64,000 bases of DNA, taken from Nitrospirota bacterium. Lineage in GTDB: Bacteria; Nitrospirota; UBA9217. Of the stretch, positions 20,731-30,678 are shown piece by piece. The notes under the pieces were generated by a model, which ran no database searches, had not been told where the DNA came from, and worked only from the letters and a program-made list of their open reading frames with translations. The number at the start of each line of letters is the position of its first letter. Within the stretch, counting starts at the first letter, position 1. A program made the position numbers and the translations under genes. The stretch lies in NCBI GenBank assembly GCA_963818475.1, contig CAWFSF010000005.1, positions 192,001 through 256,000 on the forward strand, written 5' to 3'.

Positions 20731-21625
20731 TTACAAATGCGGCAGCTTCTGTTCTTTCACGAGCACCTCATGAAAAAGGTCGCCCATTCTTTCTGCCCTG
20801 CGCACAGCTTCCGAATGCATGATCTGAAGCTTTTCCGGGTCTCCCCTCTCCAGGTCCTCCCATGCAAGCGGGAACGAAACAAATGGTTTTTCCCTGGCAC
20901 GCAGGGAATAAACGCAGATCATGGTCTTCGAAGCGTCGTTCTGAGACCAGTTGATAAAAACCTTAGCTGTCCGGTATTGTTTCGCCATCTTCGCGGTCAC
21001 CAGGTCCGGATAATGTTTTTGCATGATCTCTGCCACGGCCTTTGAAAATATCTTCGTATCATCAAAGGTCGTCTCTTTTCGATTCAACGGAACAAAAGCA
21101 TGGAGCCCTTTCTTGCCCGAGGTCTTTACAACACTGAAAAGTCCCATGCGGAAGAGCAGGTCCCGAAGTATCAGCGCCACTTTGGCGCAATCCAGGATGC
21201 CCGCCCCATCTCCGGGATCCAGGTCGAAGACCATGGAATCGGGCGTCTCCGGCGATCATTGCCCTGGCCAGCGGCACGTGAAGCTCAAGGGCCGCAAGGT
21301 TCTCCGCCCAGATCAGTGTTTCCAGATCATTGACCAGGCACTGCGTCATCGGCTTTGCATCGCCATGCACGACCTCCGCTGTTCTCACCCATTCCGGACG
21401 GTGCGAAGGACAGCGTTTCTCGAAAAAGGAACTTTTTCCCACTCCTTCCGGATAGCGGGTAAACGTCACGGCCCTGTCTTTCAGATGGGGCAGCATGAAC
21501 GGCGCGATCCCGCGATAGTACTCCAGGATCTGAGCCTTCGTGAAGCCATGGGAGGGATAGAGGTCTTTTTCCAGGTTCGATAACGGGAGCCTTCTCCCGG
21601 CCATTTCAACGAATGTCCGGCTCAT
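20731..21625 (-). CDS. stand-alone LigD polymerase (primase-like) domain (frameshift near 21250)
   Basis: LSNLEKDLYP, RYPEG, FFEKR, VFDLDPG, KTSGKKGLH, FINWSQN, YSLRAR. Confidence 0.9.
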
Positions 21626-22407
21626 CGATGCTCCTTCACTTTCTGCATGCTCTCTTCAAGCGCGGCGACCAGATCGGCCGGGCCTTCTCCCTCTTCTTCC
21701 GCCAATACAGGCGCCTCAACGGTCGCCTGCTCTTTTGCCTTCTGCTTCAGGAGGTCCATGATCCTTGTCCTGCGCTCGTTCGCATATTTCCCCGGCTCAA
21801 AGTCATGCATCATGTCCTTTATGCTCTTGACTATCCGCGTTTCTTCTTCAGCCTCGATCGTGCCTTTCTTCGGCGGGATGTCTTCGTGGAGAAGTATTTC
21901 GTCGCTGTAATGAAGGGTGATCAGTTCCAGCGCTCCCTCCCTGCTTATGACCGTCACCAGATATTCACGCTCGGCCAGCACGAATTTTGCCAGCCCGGCC
22001 TTGTTCGTCCGGTTCATCACCTCGACCAGCAGCTGATACGCTTTTTCTCCCCCTTTCGCGGGAACGAGATAATAGGGGTGATCAAAATAGATCGGGTCTA
22101 CTTCCTTCAGATCGATGAATTCAAGGATCTCGATCGTACGGCTCCGCTCCGGGGACAAGGATTCCAGTTCCTCGTCCGTCACCAGGACGTACCGGTCCGG
22201 CGCTGTCTCGTATCCCCTGACGATCTCGTCCGGGGGTACCAGCGTTCCCTCTTCCGGACAGAACATTTTTCGCGAGAGACGGGAGTAGTCCTTGGTGTGG
22301 AGCAGATGAAAGGAGACCCGCCCGGGTTCGAGGGCCGTGACCAACCGGACCGGTATCGCCACGAGGCTGAAACTGATCGTCCCGCTCCATATTCCCTGTA
22401 CGGCCAT
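21622..22407 (-). CDS. ku: Ku protein (NHEJ), paralog 1
   Basis: IWSGTISFSLVAIPV, IDLKEVDPIYFDHPYYL, DLVAALEES. Confidence 0.93.
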   Translation of the reverse strand: MAVQGIWSGTISFSLVAIPVRLVTALEPGRVSFHLLHTKDYSRLSRKMFCPEEGTLVPPDEIVRGYETAPDRYVLVTDEELESLSPERSRTIEILEFIDLKEVDPIYFDHPYYLVPAKGGEKAYQLLVEVMNRTNKAGLAKFVLAEREYLVTVISREGALELITLHYSDEILLHEDIPPKKGTIEAEEETRIVKSIKDMMHDFEPGKYANERRTRIMDLLKQKAKEQATVEAPVLAEEEGEGPADLVAALEESMQKVKEHR

Positions 22408-22613
22408 GGCATGCCTCCTGGTTGACGATATCTAAAGATACAACACCTTTGACACGGATCACGGCGGATAAGAGCCTGATAAGGTCGGATTCTTATCTGT
22501 CTTCGATTTTCATCCCCCTGATCAGACGTCCATCCGACCCTATCCGTGTCCAAAGTTTTTCCTGATCTCTCCTGCGTCCTGTGTGCGAATTATCCTTAAC
22601 TCGGGTCTTCCCC

Positions 22614-23387
22614 TCAGGCAGCTTTCTTCAGGCTCGCTTCAAGAGCCTGAAGCAGCTTGTCTGATTCCGTCGGTCTCAGTTGCCTGGGGGGCAGGACCGC
22701 GATCTTTTCTCCCCGTGCTTTTTTATCGATCATGAACTGCAGCTTCTTCTGATGCTCGTTCTGGAATTTGCGCCGGTTCAAAAGGAACGGTCAACTGGTC
22801 GATCAACTCGCTCCCGATCTTCAGTTCTTTCTCCGACAGGGGAACATGCTCCAGGGCGAGGGATCCCACGGATACCACTTCGTCGGCATAGCGCAGGGTG
22901 TTCAGGCGAAGGATATTCCCGCTCGCTTGCAAGGCCCCGAGGATAGGACCGTTTTCTCATGGTCCAGGTGCAGATGCCTGCCACGTCCATCTCCTGCAAC
23001 GCCTTGACCAGTGCAGTATATCCTTTTGCCCGGACATCCGGCTCCAGGTAGTAAACGCGAGCAAGGAAGAGCGGGGTCGATCTGTTCCACTTTGACGAAT
23101 TCGTGGACCTCGATCATGCGGCTGCTTTCCGATGCGGTCTGTTCGAGCTCCTCCGGATCGACCAGGATATATTTCCCCTCCTCCAATTCAAACCCCTTGG
23201 TTTGTTCTTCCGCCGGCACCGGCCGATTTTCATAGGCACAGATCATCTGCTGGCGAAGTCTCACCCGGTCATGTTTGTGAAGGAGGTGAAACTGGATCCG
23301 CTCCTCCCGTACCGCGGAATGCAGCTTGACGGCCACGTCCGTTTCACCAAAATGGATATTCCCTTTCCAGATCGTTCCCGCAGCCAT
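22614..23387 (-). CDS. ku: Ku protein (NHEJ), paralog 2 (several frameshifts)
   Basis: TIWKGNIHFG..VAVKLHSA, IQFHLLH, KGFE, LNTLRYADEV; ends LKKAA*. Confidence 0.85.
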
Positions 23388-23607
23388 TGAAGTTCCTCCG
23401 TATCCCATCCTTTAATTGGGACTGATACTATCTTCTATGTAAAGGATATCACCGGATAGCGCAGGCGTCAACGGTGCGCCGGTCCGTTCCCTGATAGGAA
23501 AGTTGCAGCGGTGAAAGGCCGGCCTCCCCTCGCCGGTTTGACTCCCTGCGCGGAAGGGGCTACCTTTAACGGTAGGTAGAAAAAATGATCTCGAAAGGAG
23601 GAAGGAT

Positions 23608-24777
23608 ATGCAACAATTAGCATTGTTGTTGGGTATGCTGCTTCTTGCCTGGCCGTCCGCGGCGCCGGCCGAGTACGGCACGATCGATGCCCTCGCGAAG
23701 GCGTACAGCGTCGAGCAGTGCAAGTCCTGCCACGGCAAGGTGCACGGGGAATGGCAAGCATCCTACCATTCCCAGTCGATCGTGCACTCCCTCGGCGGCA
23801 TGAGGAACTTCATCGTCGTGGGACTGGGTCAGGAGTGGAAGAAGCCGGCGACCCGGGAGAACCTGATGCGCTGCATGGAGTGCCATGCCCCGCTGCTCAG
23901 GGACGCCTCGGAACCCCTGATGAAGGAGATCGCGGACCTCATCGTCGCTGCCGTCGATGACAAGGACGACGCCAAAAAGACCGCGGCAAAAAAGGAACTC
24001 GCGAAGCTCAACGTGAACTGCATCGTGTGCCACAATATGAAGATCGGCGCGGAAAAGAGTCTCCGCGGCGCACCGGTCCCCGGCGTTTACTATGGCCCGA
24101 CCGGCAAAGCCTCGCCGGCCCACAAGACGGAGAGATCGACGGAGATCACCTCGGCCATTTTCTGCGGCCAATGCCACGGGATCCTTAACGCGCCCGACGG
24201 CGAGTGGTTGGTCTGCAACACGCTCTACGGCAGCTATCAGGACGGCTACCGGGGCAACGGCGGGACCGAGACCTGCCAGGACTGCCACATGAAGGCACAG
24301 AACCGGGGTCACCGGTTCCCCGGTGCCTATGATGCGGATATCCTGAAGGACGGCATCGGCCTTGATGTGCAGGCTGTGGGCGTGAAGCTGTCGCCTGGCA
24401 AGTGGGTGCCCACCGCCATCGTGAACATCGGGATCACGAACCAGGCGGGCCACCGCATTCCCGATGGCTGACTATGGACAGCCAAAGTGGTCATGGAAGT
24501 GACCGCAAAGACAAATGCAGGAACCGTCGTATTGATAGGAAAAAAGGAATATTGGGAAGTGGGGCTCGACGTGGACGGAGATCATCGCACGGGCGCATGG
24601 CAGATCAGGGAGATTGTGGACCTCTCGCTGCCGCCGCGCAAGACCACGACGGAGCGTTTCATAACGGAGCTGCCCGAGGGAACGAAGAGCGCCGAGATCG
24701 AGGTGAAGATAACGGCCTATCCCTCGCCCAAGGCCGAGGTCCCGGTGTCTAAGGTCGTCAAGACGATCATGTTTTAA
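23608..24777 (+). CDS. extKL: ExtKL/MHSEP-like pentaheme c-type cytochrome selenoprotein (UGA at 24469-24471 read as Sec)
   Basis: Signal peptide; five CxxCH motifs; GHRIPDG-TGA-LWTAKVV continues in frame into 24487-24777; SECIS-like hairpin follows. Confidence 0.85.
24472..24506 (+). promoter_or_regulatory. bacterial SECIS element
   Basis: GUGGUCAU-GGAA-GUGACCGC hairpin; apical loop starts with G, 23 nt after the UGA. Confidence 0.75.
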
Positions 24778-24791
24778 CGAAGCCGGTTATG

Positions 24792-24834
24792 AAAAAAGGC
24801 CGGGTCGCTTATCCGTGATCCGGCCTTTTCTTTT
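24792..24834. terminator. bidirectional intrinsic terminator
   Basis: AAAAAAGGCCGGGTCGC...GTGATCCGGCCTTTT between convergent genes. Confidence 0.7.
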
Positions 24835-25059
24835 GTCAACAGGGTTTTTAAATTACGGCAGGAGTGCGTCTTGTTTTTATCAAGTTCCCCTATATAACGT
24901 TGATGTGTTTAGTGCCTATTGCGAAAGAGAAGAAAACCCTTCCGCCCTCTCACCGTATCGTCGCCTTTTACGAAAGCACCTCTTAGGATCATTGATCAAT
25001 AAATCAGTCGCTGGTCCACCGTGCGTAAAGCTTGCTGTCGAATAGAACACAAGGGGAAA

Positions 25060-26382
25060 CTACGCCGCGCGTTCCGCCTTTTGCGTCACGGGTTTGATAT
25101 TGAAATTGACGCGGAAAAGGTTGGCAGGATCATATAGTGCTTTTACCTGCTGCATTCTCGCATAGTTGGCCCCGAAGCTGGCCTCCAGCATCTTATCCTG
25201 TTCCTCTGCAAGACCCGCAAAATTCAGGTACGTTCTGGACTGGGAAAGGTCTTGCACTTCTTTGAGGGATGTTCTCGTCCACTGGATATTGGATACGTCA
25301 TCTTCCCGGGCATCCCAGTTAGACTCATAGTTGATGGTGAATTTGACATCCCGGCTTCCGAAAGCGGTCTCTGCGGGAGCAACCCGCGCGAACGCGCCCC
25401 CCATGGGCCAGATGTCGATCGACGTGAGCAGGGACGGCCGGGAGGCGCCATGCCGGACCACTGCTTCGATCACCGGTCCGGTCAGCTCCTTGATCAACGT
25501 CGATTTCCAGTAATATCGCCGGCCACTCGGATAATCTTCATCGAAGAATTTTTGGACATTTACCCATTTTTTGCGGCTCGTCAGGTCCGCTACCGCGGGT
25601 TTGCAGGTCCTTAGCGGTTTCAGCATCGCCTCAGCCTTCTCCGGCGGTCCGAGGTAGCAGCCTAACAGAAAAAGAACGGTGCTGCCACGGTATTTTTCAG
25701 GCACATCCGGCAGATCCGGCGCCGTCCAGAGCGCAGCCAGGACCATAAGCTCGTCCGGCGCCTCCGCCATGTATGCACGCAGGAAATGGAGAACGTCCGC
25801 AGCGTGATCCAGGGAAAACAGGGTAACGCCGAACAGCAGTTCGCGCGGGACAGGGTAAAGACGCGAGACAAAAGAGGTTACGATCCCGAAGTTGCCGCCG
25901 CCTCCCCGGAGCGCCCAGAACAGATCGGCGTGCTCTTCGGCATTTGCCCGGCGCAGCGCTCCGTCGGCGGTAACGATCTCGGCCTCGACCAGGTTGTCCG
26001 CTGCGAGTCCGCGTTTCCGCAGCTGCCATCCCATGCCGCCGTGCAGCGTGAGACCTGCGTATCCGGTTTCGGCCACGACACCCGTTGGCGTAGCGAGGCC
26101 ATGGACGGCGGTTTCATGGTCTACATCGCCGAGGACTGCGCCGCCCTCGATATGTACGAGCCTATGCTTCAGGTCGACCCGTACGGACCTCATCTCCGAC
26201 AGATCCACGACCATCCCTGGCTTCTTGTCGATCATCCCGTTCCAGAGCTTTCGCGATTGTCCATAGAGATCGTCATCGGGCAGGACCAGCCTGCCGCGAA
26301 GGCTTGCTTTTAAAGCATCAACTGCCGCTCCTTCAAGGATGGCTTCTCCTTCCCTGAGCGTTCTCACCTTCATATTCGACAT
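25060..26382 (-). CDS. FAD-binding (PCMH-type) oxidoreductase with BBE domain, internal in-frame deletion
   Basis: GLTLHGGMG, LFWALRGGGGNFGIVT, YLNF, YDPANLF; the RGGGH segment is missing. Confidence 0.85.
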   Translation of the reverse strand: MSNMKVRTLREGEAILEGAAVDALKASLRGRLVLPDDDLYGQSRKLWNGMIDKKPGMVVDLSEMRSVRVDLKHRLVHIEGGAVLGDVDHETAVHGLATPTGVVAETGYAGLTLHGGMGWQLRKRGLAADNLVEAEIVTADGALRRANAEEHADLFWALRGGGGNFGIVTSFVSRLYPVPRELLFGVTLFSLDHAADVLHFLRAYMAEAPDELMVLAALWTAPDLPDVPEKYRGSTVLFLLGCYLGPPEKAEAMLKPLRTCKPAVADLTSRKKWVNVQKFFDEDYPSGRRYYWKSTLIKELTGPVIEAVVRHGASRPSLLTSIDIWPMGGAFARVAPAETAFGSRDVKFTINYESNWDAREDDVSNIQWTRTSLKEVQDLSQSRTYLNFAGLAEEQDKMLEASFGANYARMQQVKALYDPANLFRVNFNIKPVTQKAERAA

Positions 26383-26666
26383 GATGGCACCCCCGTTCAC
26401 AGCCTTTTCAAGAACCCCGACTCAAACGCAAGCCCTGCAAGATGCGCTTGGAGTAGCCTTGGAAGAAGGGACAAAAGAACCAAACTATTTCCAATATAGC
26501 ATCTTTTGCGTGGTGGATAACTCTCCTGTGAGTGGCGGCCGCTCTGAAACCTTGGTATCATAATACGCGCGAAAACATGCGCCCGCTTTGACGATAGTGC
26601 GATCCGGTGCTATCCTTAACAATGAGGAGTGTATCTGTCCTGATTATCCTAAGAAGGAGGCATAAC

Positions 26667-27645
26667 ATGGCAACCACGATAAAAAATAAAGATGAGCTGA
26701 CCATCACACGCATTTTTGATGCGCCCCGCGAGTTCGCCTGGAAAGCATGGACAGAGCCCGAGCGGGCTAAGAAGTGGTGGGGGCCGCAATATTTCACCGC
26801 GCCGGTCATCAAGATGGATCTCCGCGTGGGCGGCAAGTATCTCTATTGCATGCGCGGTCCCGACGGCAGGGACTATTGGAGCACGGGAGTATTTCGCGAG
26901 ATAGTTCCAATGGAGCGGCTTGTGATGACCGATAGTTTCGCCGATGAGCAGGGAAAAGTCGTACCGGCTTCTCACTACGGAATGGTCGGAGACTTCCCGC
27001 TTGAACTGCTGGTGACGGTGACGTTCGAAGCATATCGGCAACAAGACAAAAATGATCCTGCGGCATGAAGGTCTCCCGGCTGGCCAGATGAGGGACATGA
27101 CGCTGACCGGATGGAGCGGATCGTTCGATAAACTCGCCGAGAGCATCGTGCCGGTCGATCACACCCGGGTCATTGCAGAACCGGGAAAGCCGGAGGTCGT
27201 CATCACACGGGTGTATGACGCGCCGCGAGTTCAGGTGTTCAGAGCGCACACAGACCCGAACCTGATCCCGCAGTGGTGGGGGCCGGCACGATACACGACG
27301 GTGATCGACAAGATGGACGTGAGGCCGGGCGGCCAGTGGCGATTTGTGCAGCACGATGATGCGGGCAACAAGTTCGCATTCCACGGCGTGTATCATGATG
27401 TCCTTTCTCCCGAGCGCATCGTCGACACCTTTGAATTCGAAGGCACGCCGGGCCATGTATCTCTTGAAACGGCGACGTTCGAGGAGATGGGCGGCAGGAC
27501 AAAGTTCACTGCCCGGTCCGTGTTCCAGACGGTTGAGGACCGCGACGAAATGATCAAGGCAGGGATGGAGGAGGGCGTGTTAGAGACCATGGACCGTCTT
27601 GCAGAGCTTCTGGGGAAGCTTAAAATTGAACGGAAGGCGGCATGA
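26667..27645 (+). CDS. tandem SRPBCC/AHSA1-like domain protein (frameshift near 27035)
   Basis: Two ITR..DAPR...W/HT.P....WWGP...D.R.GG repeats. Confidence 0.85.
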
Positions 27646-27675
27646 GTTTGACTTCATGCAGCAAGGAGGTGTGCG

Positions 27676-28095
27676 ATGAGAACCGTAAAACAATTACTCT
27701 TGGCCGTTCTCACGATGTTTCTCCTGATCTCGACAGCGGCAGCCGATGAGAAAGGCGGGCAGACCGCGGTGCCGGGCCCGGTCGTGATCAGTCTGGCAAA
27801 GTTCCCCATTACCGTGGGAGGCGGCGATTATGACCTGATGACGATAATCCAGGATTTTCCAGCTGGGGCAGGGTTCCCAACGCATAAGCACGGCGGGCAC
27901 GTGCTCGTAACGCTGCTGAGCGGTGAAATGACCCTGCACGAGAAGGGCATCGAGCGGGTGATCAAGTCTGGGGAGACTTGGACCGAACGCCCCGGCGATG
28001 TCCATTCAGTAGTAAATGCAGGGACAGTGACGGCGCGGGTTGTGGTAAGCATTCTGATCCCCAAAGGGGCCGAGGTCACCACGATAGTGAAATAG
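27676..28095 (+). CDS. secreted cupin domain protein
   Basis: Signal peptide; HKHGG...GE..W.E..GDVHSVVN. Confidence 0.85.
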   Translation: MRTVKQLLLAVLTMFLLISTAAADEKGGQTAVPGPVVISLAKFPITVGGGDYDLMTIIQDFPAGAGFPTHKHGGHVLVTLLSGEMTLHEKGIERVIKSGETWTERPGDVHSVVNAGTVTARVVVSILIPKGAEVTTIVK

Positions 28096-28133
28096 CGTAT
28101 ACAAAGGGCGGTTCAAAAAGCTGGGATTAAGGC

Positions 28134-28206
28134 TCTCACGCGGAGGTCACGGAGAACGCGAAGTTTTTAAAGAATTTTTTTCTCCGCGATCTCCGCGTGC
28201 CCTCGC
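28134..28206. repeat. inverted pair of 9-nt-period REP-like repeats
   Basis: CACGCGGAGGTCACGGAGAACGCGAAG ... TTCTCCGCGATCTCCGCGTG; related copies elsewhere in the window. Confidence 0.6.
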
Positions 28207-28255
28207 TGTGCCGGCTTTCAATCCGCGGCTTTTTGTAGTAGTAATGGAAAACCCG

Positions 28256-28600
28256 TTAGTGATATCCCCGCTCTCCGAAGGGTTTGAGTTTGTCCAACCA
28301 CATCGCCTCAAGCGCTTTCAGATCATCCCGGTAGTCGTACGCCGGATCGTCAACGGGTTTGAGCTCGTCGAGGACCTCGACAACGAAGTTCTCTTCTCCC
28401 AGCTCTTTCCAGTCCTTTGCCAGGCCGGCACTGGGGAGGAAGGTCCCCATCTTGAGCTGAAAACGGATGCTGTTGATCGTGCCCGCGGTATTGACGCTTG
28501 CCGTGAGATAGACACGGTTGTTCCTGACGTTTTTAACCTGGACGATCCCCATGGGCCGGATGCTGTTCTTGTATTCCTTGACCCTTTCCCTGCGATTCAT
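28256..28600 (-). CDS. GIY-YIG-like family protein (COG3860-type)
   Basis: MGIVQVKN...NSIRFQL...LAKDW...GEENF..EVLD.L...WLDKL.P...GY. Confidence 0.75.
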   Translation of the reverse strand: MNRRERVKEYKNSIRPMGIVQVKNVRNNRVYLTASVNTAGTINSIRFQLKMGTFLPSAGLAKDWKELGEENFVVEVLDELKPVDDPAYDYRDDLKALEAMWLDKLKPFGERGYH

Positions 28601-28862
28601 GATGCATCTCCTTCTGAACTCCTAGGGGGCCAGTGTCTTATGCCCGTGAGTAAGAACTTAACCACATAAAAGGCATTATGCAGAGCTGACGTTATAGGAA
28701 ATAATAGCAAAAAGCAAGGTTATTGGACGGGGTAATTTCGAGGTAACGATGTGAATCGGTAAGGTATGCGATTGGGGAGGTTCTCGTTCAGCGCTTTGCC
28801 TGCAGGCGCAAAGCCCCTCCCCTTCGAGGCAGAGATCGTTCTCTGTCGCGGCAGCAGGATGA

Positions 28863-29306
28863 TCACGCTGCTTTCTGCTCCGTCTTGAGAATGTAGTTCC
28901 GGAAATCTTTTTCGATATTTCTGATGAAGTTCTCGCGTCGTTCCGAATAATGGACGGTCTTGACCCTCAGGTAGATCTTGTAGTCGAGGTAGAAGTACAA
29001 CTCGAAGCTGCTCGCCCCGAGGCCTGCCAGGATCATGGTGTTCTTGAGCCGCATCAATTCCGGCGTGACCGCAAAATCCACTTTAAAAAGAGCGACGATG
29101 ATGACGACCAGGACAGCAAGGATCACATTAAAGTTCGTAAAGAACCTCCGCTCCAGTTCGGCATACTCGATCGATTCCACGTAATCGAACATTCTGCCGG
29201 CCTTCGCCTTGAACATTTCCCAGTCACAGGTCCGTGCATGGTAAAGAAGTGCTTTCCGATAGTTTTCCACTTCCTGATTGAATTGCTGCTCCATCCCCTT
29301 TCTCAT
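28863..29306 (-). CDS. hypothetical two-TM membrane protein
   Basis: AGGAG RBS; two hydrophobic helices. Confidence 0.75.
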   Translation of the reverse strand: MRKGMEQQFNQEVENYRKALLYHARTCDWEMFKAKAGRMFDYVESIEYAELERRFFTNFNVILAVLVVIIVALFKVDFAVTPELMRLKNTMILAGLGASSFELYFYLDYKIYLRVKTVHYSERRENFIRNIEKDFRNYILKTEQKAA

Positions 29307-29420
29307 GCCATTCTCCTTTCACCTGAAATGGTTCATGCTGCCTCCGTTTTATCGATTGATGCACGCCAATGACAGCGTGAACTTAACAGCCCAATAAACC
29401 ACTTACTTGCATTAATTATA

Positions 29421-29436
29421 GCAACTATCATGCCCT
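29421..29436 (-). promoter_or_regulatory. sigma54-like promoter
   Basis: Minus strand GGCATGATAGTTGC = GG-N10-GC, upstream of 28863-29306. Confidence 0.5.
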
Positions 29437-29849
29437 GTCTCAAAAACAGGGACTGCAAAATAGGCTCGTACCCTGCCGCGTGGAAACAGATTATTTTTCA
29501 AGACGTTATTTTTGGATCAGGTTTATTGCGAGGCAGAACAGCAGGATATTTTGATCAGGTGGGTGTGCAAATGCTACACACTATGGCGACATTGTTACTT
29601 TTTTCCACGCGTTGTCCCTTTTACACGCCTGAAGCGAGAAGCTTGCCGCTGTCGGTTGCACAAAAATCTCTTTTTTTGGATGACCCGTTTATTTCTGGAT
29701 AGCGTAGGTATCCGGTAATCCAGCTCTGGTAACTATGATCGAAACGAGCAGGCAAGATTGAATCATCCAAGAGCGTCCTGCCCTCTCGTGCTGCATTAAT
29801 GCGAGACACACGAATTCAAGCCAATTTGGGGGAAAGGAGGTGAAAGGAA

Positions 29850-30191
29850 ATGAACAGGTATAAGATTAAGTTGGTTATTGTTTCGGCGATCGCGGTATTT
29901 GCGCTGATGCAGACGGCCGGCGCCAATGCGGCCAACCCGGCGCAGCCGAAGTCGAAGCAAAAGCAGGTTACCGGCCAGGTGGTGTCGGTAAGCGATACCT
30001 CCATCGTGGTCAAGGGGAAGACCAGGGGCGCCGTGACACTGGCAGTGAACGAGAAGACCGTGTTCGTGGGCAACAAGGCTGCCAAAGCCGGAGAGCGGGC
30101 TGCGGTGAAATATCGCGCCGACAAGACCGGAAACACGGCAACTAAGATCAAAGTGATTGCCGAAGCACCCAGAACAAAAGCTCCTCAGTAA
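29850..30191 (+). CDS. small secreted OB-fold-like protein
   Basis: Signal peptide; VTGQVVSV...GERAAVKY...ATKI pattern. Confidence 0.75.
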   Translation: MNRYKIKLVIVSAIAVFALMQTAGANAANPAQPKSKQKQVTGQVVSVSDTSIVVKGKTRGAVTLAVNEKTVFVGNKAAKAGERAAVKYRADKTGNTATKIKVIAEAPRTKAPQ

Positions 30192-30216
30192 GCTGCTGCC
30201 CGGTCTTGCACACTTT

Positions 30217-30247
30217 AAGGCAGGCGCATTATGCGCCTGCCTTTTTT
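30217..30247 (+). terminator. intrinsic terminator
   Basis: AAGGCAGGCGCA-tta-TGCGCCTGCCTTTTTT. Confidence 0.75.
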
Positions 30248-30264
30248 ATGCGGACAGGAGCGGC

Positions 30265-30489
30265 CTATTTGCAGCCTGCACAGGATGACGATGAGCAGCC
30301 GCCGCAGCCGGCACTGCCCGGGGAACCTGAGGACGCGCTGCTGGACGACCTGCCCGTACCGAAGCGCGACATGAGCTTCTCCGTGTTGGCGGAGCCGCAC
30401 TTTTCGCACGCCACGGCCGGATTCGATCCGAAGACCAGCTTCTCGAACTCGGCATTGCAGTCATTACAGTGATATTCGTAGATAGGCAT
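30265..30489 (-). CDS. FmdB family zinc ribbon protein
   Basis: MPIYEYHCNDC...FE...CEKCGS..KLMS. Confidence 0.88.
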   Translation of the reverse strand: MPIYEYHCNDCNAEFEKLVFGSNPAVACEKCGSANTEKLMSRFGTGRSSSSASSGSPGSAGCGGCSSSSCAGCK

Positions 30490-30678
30490 CAAGATCACCA
30501 ATGTCCAAATCCGAAGCTCAAAATCCTACAGATAAGTTCGAATTCTCAAAATTGCAGATTTAAAGACAGCTCGGGCCTGATCAACCGCGAATGAACGCGA
30601 ATAGTTACGCTACTGTTTTTTCATGAATTACGCCGTTCATTCGTGTCTTCGTGTCTCCGTGGTTAAATCCGCCTTGTC

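Noticed and set aside
23470-23560. Cobalamin riboswitch
   Set aside because: Superficial GGUGC...AUAGGAA...CGGUGAAA similarity, but no GCCACUG or B12-box motifs
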